Positions 36,076 to 47,944 of a stretch of DNA of 64,000 bases are shown here, piece after piece; position 1 is the first letter of the stretch; every line of letters begins with the position of its first letter. Location: contig JAHJEV010000003.1 in the NCBI GenBank assembly GCA_018825365.1, positions 387,669-451,668 of the forward strand, given 5' to 3'. Made by a program: the position numbers and the translations under genes. This DNA comes from Patescibacteria group bacterium (lineage in GTDB: Bacteria > Patescibacteriota > WWE3 > UBA101185 > UBA10185). The notes under the pieces are model-generated. The model was not told the origin of the DNA and ran no database searches. It saw only the letters and a list, made by a program, of their open reading frames with translations.

Positions 36076-38466
36076 TTATCTTAAATCCAAGTCTCCGCTT
36101 TTTCGCAGTGGGTTCGTTTGTGGTGTGTTTGGTTTTTGAGTTGTGTTGTTTTGAGGAATTGGTGGTTTAAGTTGAGTAGAAACCGGATTTGGCTTTTGCG
36201 GCTGGGTCCTTTGTTGATTTTGATTTGTTTTTTGTTGCGGTCTTTGTCTTCTCATCTCCTCAACAGAATCCAATATATCTCCGGCCGAAGGCATTTTGTT
36301 AATATAATCCTCATCGTCGTTATCTACCTTTTTAAGGTTTACCGTTTTGTTAACAACCATAGGTTTTTGTTCAACTTTAGGAGGAGGTGTCTGTTGAATT
36401 TGCGGTTTGGGTTGCGGAGTAGTTTGGACAACAGGCTTTACCTCCGGTTTTCCTTCTGGCCTAACCTCCGGTTTCACAACCGGAAGCGCTATTTCTTTTT
36501 TAGGCTCCTCAGGAAGCTTTGGTTTTACGATAAATTCTGGTTTCACCACACCACTTTTATCAAAAGTTGTATACGTATCCATACTTTCCGGAGCCTTGTA
36601 AGGCTTATACACGGGTCTTTGTGTACCTTGGTTTGGAAGCTTTGCTTGCTGAGTTTCTCTTTCTTTCCTAAGCCTTAAAATCTCCTCAGGATTTGTAGTA
36701 ATCAATTTATTTTCCGCATCAGAGGCCATAACTTTTATAGCTACGTGGTTTGCGCCCGCAAAAAATAGGCCTTCTCCAACTCCTGCCCCAAGAAGAAATC
36801 TTTTTTCTCCCTCTGATAAGTAAAAGGTCTCCACAACTTTATCTATTGCGGCAGGGTGCTGTTTTAAAAGCATTTGAATTGACGAGTTTGTAACAATAGC
36901 TTTCCCATATTCGGAAGTTAAGAAATCATCAACATCTTGAGAAATAGTTGTAAGACCTAAATAATATTTTCTAGCTCTTTTTGCTATTCCATAAATAAAC
37001 CTCGCGCTATCCGGGTTTTGCATCAGATACCAAGCCTCCTCGACAATAAGTATTCTTTTTCTTAAATCTCTTCGAATAGTTGTCCAAACAAAATCCAAAA
37101 TCATGTAAAAAGCAATTGGTCTTAAAGCTTCTTCAAGATTCTTGGTTGAGAAAACAGTCATTCTGCTGGTCAGATTAATATTTGATTGAGAATCAAATAT
37201 TCCGGTCATAGATCCTTTGATGAATCTTTCAAGCCTTTCGGCCATGCCTCTTGCTTCTGATTCCTCTGCCCCGAGAAGCACTTTATACAAATCTTCCATT
37301 ACCGGAGGCTCTTTCGTGGCCTGCGTTTCGGGATCAGCAGTAATTCCCTTTATTCTATAAGTTTCTATTAAAGCCCTATCCAACAAAGCCTCTTCTGTGG
37401 CGTTTAGACCCCCAAGCATTAATTTCAAAAGAGTAATAAGCGAAATAAGTTTTTGCCCAAGCTCGTTTTCTCCTTCAACCGCAATGCCTGATAAATCAAA
37501 TGGGTTTATTTTATTTTTTGAGTTAGCAGAAAAATCAATATAATTCCCCCCGACCACAGAACACAATTCTCGATACTCCTCCTCTGGATCGATAATCAGT
37601 ATCTCTGCTCCGAAAATTAGCATTCTGAGTGCTTCCAACTTTACGTAGTAAGATTTTCCTGCACCGGATTTCGCGAAAACAACTTCATTTGCATTCTCAA
37701 GGGAGAACCTGTCAAAAATAACCAAAGACCCATTGTGTCTGTTGATTCCATACATTACCCCCTCCTCCATTGTTAGATCCGAAGATGTAAATGGAAAGGT
37801 AGTCGCTAAGCTCGTCGTGTCCATGTTTCTCGTGATGAGAAGCTTATCGCAACCAGTTGGGACGGAGGACTGAAAGGCATCTTCCATTTGTAAGGAAGCC
37901 GTCTTTGAAATAAGCAGGAGCGAGGCCAGTGTTGATTCTAATTTGGCGGAAATATTGTCTAATTCCTCAAGGGAAGCGGCGGGAATTGTTATATAAAAGG
38001 AAAACTGGAAATATTTTTCTACTCCCTTTACCAACTGTTCCTGCAAGGCATTTGCGTCCTCAAGAGCGGCCTGAACGACGGGGTCTGTAATCTTTCCCTT
38101 CTCCTGATTGGACATCGTCGTCGCCTCAAGCTCCGTTATCTTTCTTCTTAAATCATCAAGTATAACTTTTGATTTGACCGGGTAATAAAACATGGACATC
38201 AAAAGTGTATGTTCAAAATTAATTATTGGCGAAAGCCAATTGGCTCCAACAAATCTCGGATACCCTGAAACGAACATGGTTCTGTAATACATGTTTCCAA
38301 TTTTTAAGTTGTTGAAGTCAACTTCAATAGCAGAAGGTGCAATAATATCTCTAACATTTAACATTCCCTCAGCGAGAATCTGAGGAGGAGTCTTCTCCCC
38401 GGGAACTTCTTTTTGATTCGAAGCGCTGGATTTTTTATTAAATATCGTAAAAATATTAAATGCCAT
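36076..38466 (-). CDS. VirB4/TraC-like type IV secretion ATPase with ~180-aa Pro/Gln-rich C-terminal tail
   Basis: FAKSGAGKSYYVK Walker A, ILIVEEAW Walker B region, VirB4-like length. C-terminus is low-complexity (KPEVRPEGKPEVKP...TQPQKPNP). Confidence 0.8.
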   Translation of the reverse strand: MAFNIFTIFNKKSSASNQKEVPGEKTPPQILAEGMLNVRDIIAPSAIEVDFNNLKIGNMYYRTMFVSGYPRFVGANWLSPIINFEHTLLMSMFYYPVKSKVILDDLRRKITELEATTMSNQEKGKITDPVVQAALEDANALQEQLVKGVEKYFQFSFYITIPAASLEELDNISAKLESTLASLLLISKTASLQMEDAFQSSVPTGCDKLLITRNMDTTSLATTFPFTSSDLTMEEGVMYGINRHNGSLVIFDRFSLENANEVVFAKSGAGKSYYVKLEALRMLIFGAEILIIDPEEEYRELCSVVGGNYIDFSANSKNKINPFDLSGIAVEGENELGQKLISLITLLKLMLGGLNATEEALLDRALIETYRIKGITADPETQATKEPPVMEDLYKVLLGAEESEARGMAERLERFIKGSMTGIFDSQSNINLTSRMTVFSTKNLEEALRPIAFYMILDFVWTTIRRDLRKRILIVEEAWYLMQNPDSARFIYGIAKRARKYYLGLTTISQDVDDFLTSEYGKAIVTNSSIQMLLKQHPAAIDKVVETFYLSEGEKRFLLGAGVGEGLFFAGANHVAIKVMASDAENKLITTNPEEILRLRKERETQQAKLPNQGTQRPVYKPYKAPESMDTYTTFDKSGVVKPEFIVKPKLPEEPKKEIALPVVKPEVRPEGKPEVKPVVQTTPQPKPQIQQTPPPKVEQKPMVVNKTVNLKKVDNDDEDYINKMPSAGDILDSVEEMRRQRPQQKTNQNQQRTQPQKPNPVSTQLKPPIPQNNTTQKPNTPQTNPLRKSGDLDLR

Positions 38467-38475
38467 GTTTTAGTC

Positions 38476-39177
38476 TCACTCCTCAATAATCGCTGGATTA
38501 ACAATCGCAGTTTTATAATCGTCTATATTTGTACGAATTCTCTGCCCATGAACAGTGCTTGGATTGTAGATATCGAAATAAAGTTCGACCAACTCTTGAG
38601 TAGTCAGTTGCTTAGTTTTTATACCAATTCTATTGAATTCCTTTATTATGTGATCAACCTTCGGTCCTATTTCTATCTTTCCAGATTGCAGGGCTTTTTC
38701 GACATCGACATTTATTCTCTTGTTGTGGGATCCGGTTAATCTCATCACCCAATCAAAAGCTTTTGATCCTTCCTGACCAACTATCGGTGAGCCTGAGGGA
38801 ACAACAACGTAAAACTTTTTATCCAAAACTTCATTAACTTTTATTACTTCCTGAACGAATTTTCTATATGCCTCAGCTTGGTGTTTAAGTAAAGGATCCG
38901 TAAGTTTGCTTTCAACCTTCCTAACTTTGTCAACATATTTTGAAATATCAAGTTTTCTTGACCTAATTACGATCTGAATAGGAAAAGTTATCGAATTTAG
39001 AAGCATGGAAAATGCCGCTATTATGGCATCTTGCTCAATCTCAGATAAAAGATCAAAATTTACTGCCGTAGTTTGAACAACAGAGCATATAATTCCGTTT
39101 TTGAGAATTACGTAATTATCTTTAATATCTTGAATGTCTAAATGATCCTGAGTTGTAAATTTATTCTGGGCGGGCAT
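38476..39177 (-). CDS. Hypothetical protein in VirB4-like operon
   Basis: 233-aa soluble ORF immediately upstream of and co-directional with the VirB4-like gene. Confidence 0.4.
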   Translation of the reverse strand: MPAQNKFTTQDHLDIQDIKDNYVILKNGIICSVVQTTAVNFDLLSEIEQDAIIAAFSMLLNSITFPIQIVIRSRKLDISKYVDKVRKVESKLTDPLLKHQAEAYRKFVQEVIKVNEVLDKKFYVVVPSGSPIVGQEGSKAFDWVMRLTGSHNKRINVDVEKALQSGKIEIGPKVDHIIKEFNRIGIKTKQLTTQELVELYFDIYNPSTVHGQRIRTNIDDYKTAIVNPAIIEE

Positions 39178-39179
39178 TG

Positions 39180-40787
39180 TTATCTACCAATCATTTCTAA
39201 AGGAGGCAATACTTCTCCTTTAACTTCTACAGGAATTATATCAAACGTTAGGTTTGTTTTATTGGACGGACTTATCTCAACTGTGTAAGTTCCATTTGTA
39301 AGGGGGGTTGAGATGACGAATTGCCCCATCGTATTAGTTTTTAGGGCTCTTACTGCCTCTCCCCTTTTGTTTTTTACTATGATTAGAAAATCACTTAGAA
39401 ACTTATCTTTAGAATCCTTGACAATACCACTTACAACATTAGGGACTTTCGTTAAAGGTTGAACATAACTATACTGAGAAACACCCCCCGATGTAGTGGT
39501 TTTTTGTTCTTCTAATTTCTGTCTAAGTTCCTCAACCTGTTTTCTTAACTCCGTGTAGCTTGAGGCCAACTTTTCTTTCTGAACTCCCAATCGTTTTAAA
39601 AGCTGTTCTTGGTTTGAAGTTTCCAAAGACATAGATTTTCCTCTTTGTATTTGAAGCGTAAGCCTCTCAATTTCTTTGGCCAGATCTTCATTTTGAGTCC
39701 TTAACTTACTAACAGTTTCCTCTGCAACTTCCCCAACCTGCTGCTCGTTATCAACCTTAATTTCAGTTGGTGAACTAGCACTAAACGAACGGGCAACTTT
39801 ACTTTTAGCAACCACCAAACCCTCTTCTTGCTTAATTTTGTCTAAGAGTTCCTTCAGTTTCTCAGCCTTCACCTTCACATCTTCCTCATCTTGTAAGTCC
39901 TGGGACGTACTCAAAACTCTTTCGCCTCTAATTGGAAGTATCAATTCCCCTTGGGACGGGGTAAGGTTTGTAAATTTTCTACCAGAGTGCATATCCGGAG
40001 TCATGGGCTCGTAAGTGTAAAGACCGCGCTGTGGTGTAAATCTTTCCGGAAGAATAAATGTATCTTTTTGTACCGCGGGCGTAATCTCAGTAACTTCTTT
40101 TACTCCTGCTTTTTCTTGCTTTAGAGGCTCTTCCTTCCCCTCGACAACCACACCTACATTCTTTACCTCTTTTGGTTTTTCTTGTATTAACGGGGTTACG
40201 GAGGATTCGGGCAGAGTTTCTACCACAATAGTAGAAGGCTCCTCTACCAACACCCCAACCTGCGAGCTCCTGGAAGCTGTGGGGGCACTTGGGTAGGCTA
40301 GCCTTACTTTCATTAAATACTCTCTTTCGGGAATATCAAGAGGATCCTCTTTTTCTTGTTCGTCTTGAATTTTCAGATACTCTTCAAGTTTTCTTCTGCT
40401 TGAGGTAGGTGCCAATGTGATCATTTCTTGTCTTACCACGGCAAGACTGTCGTAAATGAATGCCGTGGGGAGCTGGGGTTTTTTCATCCAAATTCTTTGG
40501 GTGGGGTGGTTTACCGCCCTAACAAAGTTTACTATCCACTCATCAAGTCCCCTCTCCTCAATAGGTACAAACGCCAAACCCAAAGCCAAAAGTGCAAGGA
40601 AAACAACAAACGGCCACTTAAAAATCCCTATTACTACAACACTAGCAAGATACGCAGCCAATCCAAAGGTAAAAAGATAAGCGAATTGCCGCATTGTTAG
40701 ATCGCCAATTAGCTTAAATTGAACATCCATTACATTTTGCGGTACTGGGTGTTGTTTATTTGACTGAGGCATATCGGGCATGGGCAT
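39180..40787 (-). CDS. Membrane protein (2 TM) with coiled-coil and C-terminal carboxypeptidase-regulatory-like beta-sandwich
   Basis: N-terminal hairpin TM pair, central Glu/Lys-rich coiled-coil. C-terminus IVKNKRGEAVRALKTN...TYTVEISP resembles a CarboxypepD_reg fold. Confidence 0.45.
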   Translation of the reverse strand: MPMPDMPQSNKQHPVPQNVMDVQFKLIGDLTMRQFAYLFTFGLAAYLASVVVIGIFKWPFVVFLALLALGLAFVPIEERGLDEWIVNFVRAVNHPTQRIWMKKPQLPTAFIYDSLAVVRQEMITLAPTSSRRKLEEYLKIQDEQEKEDPLDIPEREYLMKVRLAYPSAPTASRSSQVGVLVEEPSTIVVETLPESSVTPLIQEKPKEVKNVGVVVEGKEEPLKQEKAGVKEVTEITPAVQKDTFILPERFTPQRGLYTYEPMTPDMHSGRKFTNLTPSQGELILPIRGERVLSTSQDLQDEEDVKVKAEKLKELLDKIKQEEGLVVAKSKVARSFSASSPTEIKVDNEQQVGEVAEETVSKLRTQNEDLAKEIERLTLQIQRGKSMSLETSNQEQLLKRLGVQKEKLASSYTELRKQVEELRQKLEEQKTTTSGGVSQYSYVQPLTKVPNVVSGIVKDSKDKFLSDFLIIVKNKRGEAVRALKTNTMGQFVISTPLTNGTYTVEISPSNKTNLTFDIIPVEVKGEVLPPLEMIGR

Positions 40788-40843
40788 ATTAACTTAGATT
40801 ATATGGCCCAGTGGGTAATTCGGCAAGATAAGGTGAATTCAGA

Positions 40844-43800
40844 CTACCTCAAAAGAACAAGGAAACTCAAATCCTTCTGGAAAATCCCCCTGCTTTCCAA
40901 CAGCTTACCACTTTCGCTTAAGGAACTGCTTTTTGCCTCCACAATGGTACCAAAGGGTGGGCTAAAGGAAAAAACATAAGCGTCAGATCCGGTTCCTGCC
41001 TGTTTTTGCCATACGAGACTATATTGATTCTGATCCTTAGTAATTGAAAGGTTTACCGGAAGATCGTAACTTAAAATAAGCCTAACACTCTCCCCGGGAT
41101 TTATCTTGAAACTCGTCTCAAAGGAGTTATAAGCTCCCTCCTTAGAAACTGTAATCCCCTTAAAAATATCGCTTTCTACACCACCGTTATAAGAAATCTT
41201 TGCTCCCGTAAGTTTAGAGCCGTTTTGGGTTATTGCCCTGACATAATCTGTGTAGGGGCCCCCCGGCCAAGCGTTATCATCGGCAGTGTGTTTATAATCA
41301 AGGTATAAATTAGCTCTAAGCAACCCGTCCCTGGTCAACGCACTTACTTCATAAGTCATTTTGTTCTCAACATAATAATTTGCTTTCGTACCGCCAAGAT
41401 TGGCATTTACTATAAAAAGATAATCTCCGGGTGTATCTACCAAGCTTCCATCCCAGCGTTTTTCCTTCAAAAGTTTGTCCACAACGTTATTAGTGAAATA
41501 AATCATTAAGTGTCTTTCATCAAGGGACTTTCCTATCTGAGAAAGGAGTGGGGAGTAACTCTCACTTTTCAAAGCAAACAATCTCTCCATAAGTTTGCTT
41601 CCAAGTATAGTAAGGAATGATTTTTTGTCAGAAGACCCTTCTTTGTAGTCAAACCCGCTGTAGTACTGAGCTCTCTCATAAAAATTTTCTGCGCTAATGT
41701 CTTCGTTGTAAGATGCAAGATACAAAGGTCCTGTGACTTTTAAGAGACTTTTTACAAAATCCAAATCAACGGCAAGATAACCATTTATTGTTTCTCCGGT
41801 GATTTTGAAGTAGAGATCGTCAAAAGCTTTGGTAGATTTTGGAAAATCTGGATCCCAATTTGAATTCCTTAAATAAAGCACGTTCTCTTTTAGGAAGTTC
41901 TTAATCTGCTCTGGGGGCGTAACAGCTATTTTTCTCAAATCTATCTGTCCGTCGGGGTTGTAAATATCATCAATAACGAAATTTTTTATTTTTCCCTTAT
42001 CCAATGTTAAAACACCATACGAACCTATAAAGCCACCCGTCGGTCTCATTTCACTTGAGTTTTGAAACCAAAAAACATATTTTTTCTCGCTGTCTATTCC
42101 CAATATCTGGGGTAATTCGGAAATTAGTGTATAGCCAGAGTCAAACAACTCTCTTGCAAGAGCGGTGGCTTTTTCGTATTCAGATAGCTTTGTTATTATT
42201 TTTTCCGGGAATAAGCTTTTGTCAACCCCTGAAAAATCCGCCTCGGCTAAACTCAGGTGATTTTTTGCTTCGGAAATCCCAAATTTTGCCTCAATAAAAG
42301 AATCAGCATTTAAAACCTCCTGGGTATCCGGCCTTAAAACGCCAAGCGTGTTTTCTAAAGGTTTAATTGCAACAGAGGCAGAATACAAAGATCGGGAAAA
42401 AGATTCCGTAGAGCCTAAAAGTTTATCGTAAGAAGAAAGATAGTTGGTTTTCTTCGTTATTGAAAACACCCACCCAACTCTTCTAAGTGATTTTCTAGCA
42501 CTATTAAAACCGTCCGCTGCCAAAAGCGCCTCTTTTTTTAATGACAGCGAGTCCATTTTGGATACCGCAACTTTAGCTTTTTCAAGCGACAACACAGCCC
42601 TCTGAGAACTGAACAAAAAGCTTAGTACCGGAAAAGCTATAAACACAAGTGCCGCAGCAACAATAACGGCAAGTACACTGGGTACATATCCGAAATCTCC
42701 TTTTAATCTGTATTTAAAACTTCTTAACTTGTCTTCCAAACCACTGAAGATGTTTTTCTTGCCTATTTGGGTTACTTCATTTTTGACTTCCTTTCTCAAC
42801 ACCTTAATTGGCGACTCTTTGTACTTTCTAAAAAAATTCACAGGTTCTTTCAATTTCTTCTCTGATGCCTTCTCTTTTTCCCGAACTATTCCTTGAAGAG
42901 AAGTCACCTTTTCCTTGCTTTCTTTTGTACTTTCTTTGATTTTTTCCTCAACAAGTTTTATCGGTTTAAAAGCATGGGTATTTACTGAGTAACCAAAATC
43001 CTCAAGTGTTCTTATAACTCCCTCTTTTAGTCCAACTTTCGACTTCCAACCCAAATCTTTCAGGTTAAATGTATCCGGGGATTTCAACTGCTGTTTAAAA
43101 TCTGTAATTCCCGGTTTAAACTGAACAGAAAGCTTTGCGTCAGCTAAACTTTTAATCATGTAGGCGATCTCTAAAGCTGAGACCGGGTCTTTTGGTATAA
43201 GAGAGTAGATATTTCCTTTTGTTTTCGAATTAAATTGAGCTTTCACTAACCCGGAAACTACATCTGAAACGTAAAGATAGTACTCTTTCTCCGTTCCCTC
43301 CCCATATATCTCAATCGAAGATCCATCCAATACATTTTTTATAAATCCACCCAAAAATCCGCTAGATGATAGATCCATTCTTGGACCATAGACTTCCGGG
43401 ATTCTAACAATCCTCACATCAGCACCGTGAGTTTTAAAATATTCCCAAACAACCGCCTCTGCAAAACGTTTGGCTTCAATTAAACTAAATTTGTTTTCTT
43501 CGCTGGGTGTGATCCCAAAGTATTTATCAAGATAAAGTTGGGACATCCTTCCTTGATACACATCAATTGTTGAGACCAAAAGGAATTTTGCAGATGATCT
43601 TCTTGCCAAATCCAAAAGATTCTTGGTTCCCAAAGAGTTTGTAAAAAGAGATTCGAGATTTAAATAATCCTTGCTGTACAAATATTCCTCTACTCCGGCA
43701 AGGTGAAAAATATAATCCACACTTTCAATTTCTGGCGGGATTCCCTCATTAATATCTACATCGTACAAAGCAAATTTTTTATTGGATAAAAGATCCTTAA

Positions 43801-43960
43801 CGTGTATTTTTTTGCCGGTTTGGAAGTTATCCAAAACGATAACTCTGGCGTTGTTATCAAGCAAAGCCTCTGCCAAATGGGATCCTATAAATCCAGCTCC
43901 ACCAGAGATAAGTATGGTGGGAACCAGAGCAGATTTTGTTATTACTTGTTTTTTTGGCAT
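40844..43960 (-). CDS. Fusion protein: N-terminal SDR/UDP-sugar decarboxylase-like domain + TM helix + ~600-aa extracytoplasmic domain of unknown function
   Basis: ILISGGAGFIGSHLAEAL Rossmann motif. Expected YxxxK region reads IEAKRFAE (no Tyr). TM around residue 430. Long C-terminal domain without recognisable motifs. Confidence 0.6.
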   Translation of the reverse strand: MPKKQVITKSALVPTILISGGAGFIGSHLAEALLDNNARVIVLDNFQTGKKIHVKDLLSNKKFALYDVDINEGIPPEIESVDYIFHLAGVEEYLYSKDYLNLESLFTNSLGTKNLLDLARRSSAKFLLVSTIDVYQGRMSQLYLDKYFGITPSEENKFSLIEAKRFAEAVVWEYFKTHGADVRIVRIPEVYGPRMDLSSSGFLGGFIKNVLDGSSIEIYGEGTEKEYYLYVSDVVSGLVKAQFNSKTKGNIYSLIPKDPVSALEIAYMIKSLADAKLSVQFKPGITDFKQQLKSPDTFNLKDLGWKSKVGLKEGVIRTLEDFGYSVNTHAFKPIKLVEEKIKESTKESKEKVTSLQGIVREKEKASEKKLKEPVNFFRKYKESPIKVLRKEVKNEVTQIGKKNIFSGLEDKLRSFKYRLKGDFGYVPSVLAVIVAAALVFIAFPVLSFLFSSQRAVLSLEKAKVAVSKMDSLSLKKEALLAADGFNSARKSLRRVGWVFSITKKTNYLSSYDKLLGSTESFSRSLYSASVAIKPLENTLGVLRPDTQEVLNADSFIEAKFGISEAKNHLSLAEADFSGVDKSLFPEKIITKLSEYEKATALARELFDSGYTLISELPQILGIDSEKKYVFWFQNSSEMRPTGGFIGSYGVLTLDKGKIKNFVIDDIYNPDGQIDLRKIAVTPPEQIKNFLKENVLYLRNSNWDPDFPKSTKAFDDLYFKITGETINGYLAVDLDFVKSLLKVTGPLYLASYNEDISAENFYERAQYYSGFDYKEGSSDKKSFLTILGSKLMERLFALKSESYSPLLSQIGKSLDERHLMIYFTNNVVDKLLKEKRWDGSLVDTPGDYLFIVNANLGGTKANYYVENKMTYEVSALTRDGLLRANLYLDYKHTADDNAWPGGPYTDYVRAITQNGSKLTGAKISYNGGVESDIFKGITVSKEGAYNSFETSFKINPGESVRLILSYDLPVNLSITKDQNQYSLVWQKQAGTGSDAYVFSFSPPFGTIVEAKSSSLSESGKLLESRGIFQKDLSFLVLLR

Positions 43961-44065
43961 TTTGGGCAGCTGAGATACAGCCTCTCAGATATGTTTTACT
44001 ACTTGATTATATTAGATTTTGTAACGCTTTAACACAATAATTTGCTGGTATAATTCATTTTAAAT

Positions 44066-44671
44066 ATGGAAATAAAAGATGTATACAAAAAATTAATTAG
44101 GCATAGGACAAATTTAATGCTTTCTCTACTTGCCGGAGCACTTTTAGGAATTATTTTCTACTTGCTACCTTCCAAATATGTTGCTTCCGGATCATTTTTT
44201 GTTAACAGAAAAACCAGTGCTGAGAACAGTTTCTTCACATATGAGGGGTATTACGGCCAGCAAACGGCTCTTTCTTACACAAACTCAATTCTTTCTTTGA
44301 TGGAAAGTGTTGATGTTAAAAAAATGGTTCTGGAATCAAACAAAATGCCGTTAAATAACAAAAATATAAACATGTTAAACAAAATTGTAAGCGTGAAAAA
44401 AACAGGACCTCAGATCATATACCTAACTGTTAAAGGCAAAACCTACGAAGAGGCAAAAAGGCTCTGGAACAGCGTCTCCAATGTGACGGTAGCTGCGGCA
44501 TACGAAATAAACAGAAATGGGGATAAAAACCTGTCGATTGCTCCGATATCACCACAACCCTTGGTTGGTCTACCTTATAAATCAATTTATTTATATGGAG
44601 TTGTTGGAATACTAATATCTTTTACGTTAGCTTCGTTTTTTATCTGCTTGAAAGAGTATTTTAAAAACTAG
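44066..44671 (+). CDS. Wzz/PCP-like chain-length determinant family protein
   Basis: Two TM helices (N- and C-terminal) bracketing a periplasmic domain. Adjacent to glycan genes. Confidence 0.45.
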   Translation: MEIKDVYKKLIRHRTNLMLSLLAGALLGIIFYLLPSKYVASGSFFVNRKTSAENSFFTYEGYYGQQTALSYTNSILSLMESVDVKKMVLESNKMPLNNKNINMLNKIVSVKKTGPQIIYLTVKGKTYEEAKRLWNSVSNVTVAAAYEINRNGDKNLSIAPISPQPLVGLPYKSIYLYGVVGILISFTLASFFICLKEYFKN

Positions 44672-44676
44672 TTAAT

Positions 44677-45108
44677 ATGAAACTGATTCTTTACACAGAC
44701 GGCGGGGCCAGGGGAAACCCGGGACCCGGAGCAATAGGGGTAGTTATAAAAAACCTCAAGGGTGAGGTAGTAAAAGAAATTGGAAAAAATATTGGAAAAT
44801 CTACAAATAATGAAGCTGAGTACAAAGCGATAATAGCAGGACTTGAATCGTGTCTTGAAAAAGGTGCTTCGGAGTTGGAATGCTACCTGGACAGTCAGCT
44901 CGTCGTCAGTCAATTGAAAGGAGAATTTAAAGTCAAAAATACAAAATTAAAGAATCTATGGGCGCAGACAAAAAATATCGAGAAAAATTTTAAAGAAGTT
45001 TTATACATCCACATTCCAAGAGAGAAAAATCATCTTGCGGACAAAATTGTAAACGAAGTACTGGATTCAAATAACTATTATGACCTTTGTAAAACTAACC
45101 CCCTGTAG
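44677..45108 (+). CDS. rnhA: Ribonuclease HI
   Basis: YTDGGARGNPGPG, NNEAEYKAI and DSQLVV catalytic-residue context. Confidence 0.8.
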   Translation: MKLILYTDGGARGNPGPGAIGVVIKNLKGEVVKEIGKNIGKSTNNEAEYKAIIAGLESCLEKGASELECYLDSQLVVSQLKGEFKVKNTKLKNLWAQTKNIEKNFKEVLYIHIPREKNHLADKIVNEVLDSNNYYDLCKTNPL

Positions 45109-45948
45109 AAACGCTGTACTAAAAACCCTTTCCTACAGCGGAGTTTTCAAGTACCCACTTAGTTACTATCAACTATGCAACTATCTCATTTCACCAAACT
45201 GGTTCAGCGGAAAACAGATAAGAAAAGAGGTGAGAGATTTAATAAGTGAAAAGGTTATTGGCGAGAAGAATGGTAGGTATTTTTTATCATCGATAGAAAC
45301 AGTAGATGTCGAGAAAAGAATTAGGGAAACCGAACTTTCCTTAAAGAGAAACGGAAAAGTATTTGGAACGTTACAGAAGATACCGTGGATAAAAATGGTT
45401 TCTATTACCGGATCCGCGGCAAATTATAATAACGAAAGAAATTCTGATTTGGACCTTCTTTTCGTAACGGCAAAGAATAGAGTTTGGCTTACAAGGGGTT
45501 TTGTATTTTTAGTTTTAAAATTAATGAAAAAGCTTCCACAAAATCCCGCGACAAGAGAGATATGTCCAAATATTTTTATGGACGAAAGTAGTATGTCTTG
45601 GACGAAGAAAAAAAGAAATTTGTATGTGGCTCAAAATATAGTCTCGATGCAGCCATTAATAAATAAGGAGGGGATGTATTTTAGATTCGTAGACTCAAAT
45701 AGATGGATAAAGGGCTATTACAACAACTTTAAAATTATCCCTACAAATAAATTAAACGCTTCCCCGCTCTCGGGAAGTCCGTTAGTAAATATAGTCGAAG
45801 AAATCGCTATGAAAATGCAGATATTTTATATGAAAAATAAAATGACAAATGAAGTGGCAAATAGAAATCTAATTCACTTCAAGAAAAACGACAACAGCAG
45901 TTGGATACTAGCAAAATACAAAAGTATATTTAGAAAATACAGATCAGC

Positions 45949-45955
<7 letters not shown>
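45080..45955 (+). CDS. Nucleotidyltransferase-fold protein (Pol-beta superfamily-like GS...DxD motif)
   Basis: ITGSAANYNNERNSDLDLLF matches the GS-X9-13-DxD minimal nucleotidyltransferase signature. Confidence 0.4.
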
Positions 45956-47577
<1,622 letters not shown>

Positions 47578-47592
47578 ATTTATTCCTCCAAT

Positions 47593-47898
47593 TTAACTTT
47601 CAATTATTGCCAAAATATCTTCTTCCTTAACGAGAAGCAGTTCTTTTCCTTCAATTTTTATCTCTATCCCTCCCCATTTTTTAAACATAACTATATCTCC
47701 CGCCTTAACATTCATGGGCACAATATTCCCACCGTCATCCCTTTTTCCAGAACCTGTTGCCAAAACTTTTCCTTCCTGTGGTTTTTCTTTTGCAGTGTCG
47801 GGAATAACAATTCCTGACGGAAGTTTAGTCTCACCTTGCAAAGGTTCAACTAATAAATAATCGGCCAGTGGTTTTATTTTATTTATAGATGCAGTCAT
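47593..47898 (-). CDS. groS: Co-chaperonin GroES
   Basis: IKPLADYLLVEP...EKPQEGKVLATG pattern, immediately upstream of groL. Confidence 0.9.
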   Translation of the reverse strand: MTASINKIKPLADYLLVEPLQGETKLPSGIVIPDTAKEKPQEGKVLATGSGKRDDGGNIVPMNVKAGDIVMFKKWGGIEIKIEGKELLLVKEEDILAIIES

Positions 47899-47944
47899 AA
47901 AAGCTCCTTTAAAATAGATAATTTAATATAAATTTCTTGATATA

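Noticed and set aside
36118-36678. 186-aa and 64-aa plus-strand ORFs
   Set aside because: They are antisense to the low-complexity Pro/Gln-rich tail of the VirB4-like gene; repeat-driven open frames.
47899-47944. CIRCE/HrcA operator upstream of groES
   Set aside because: I looked for TTAGCACTC-N9-GAGTGCTAA and did not find it in the groES upstream region.
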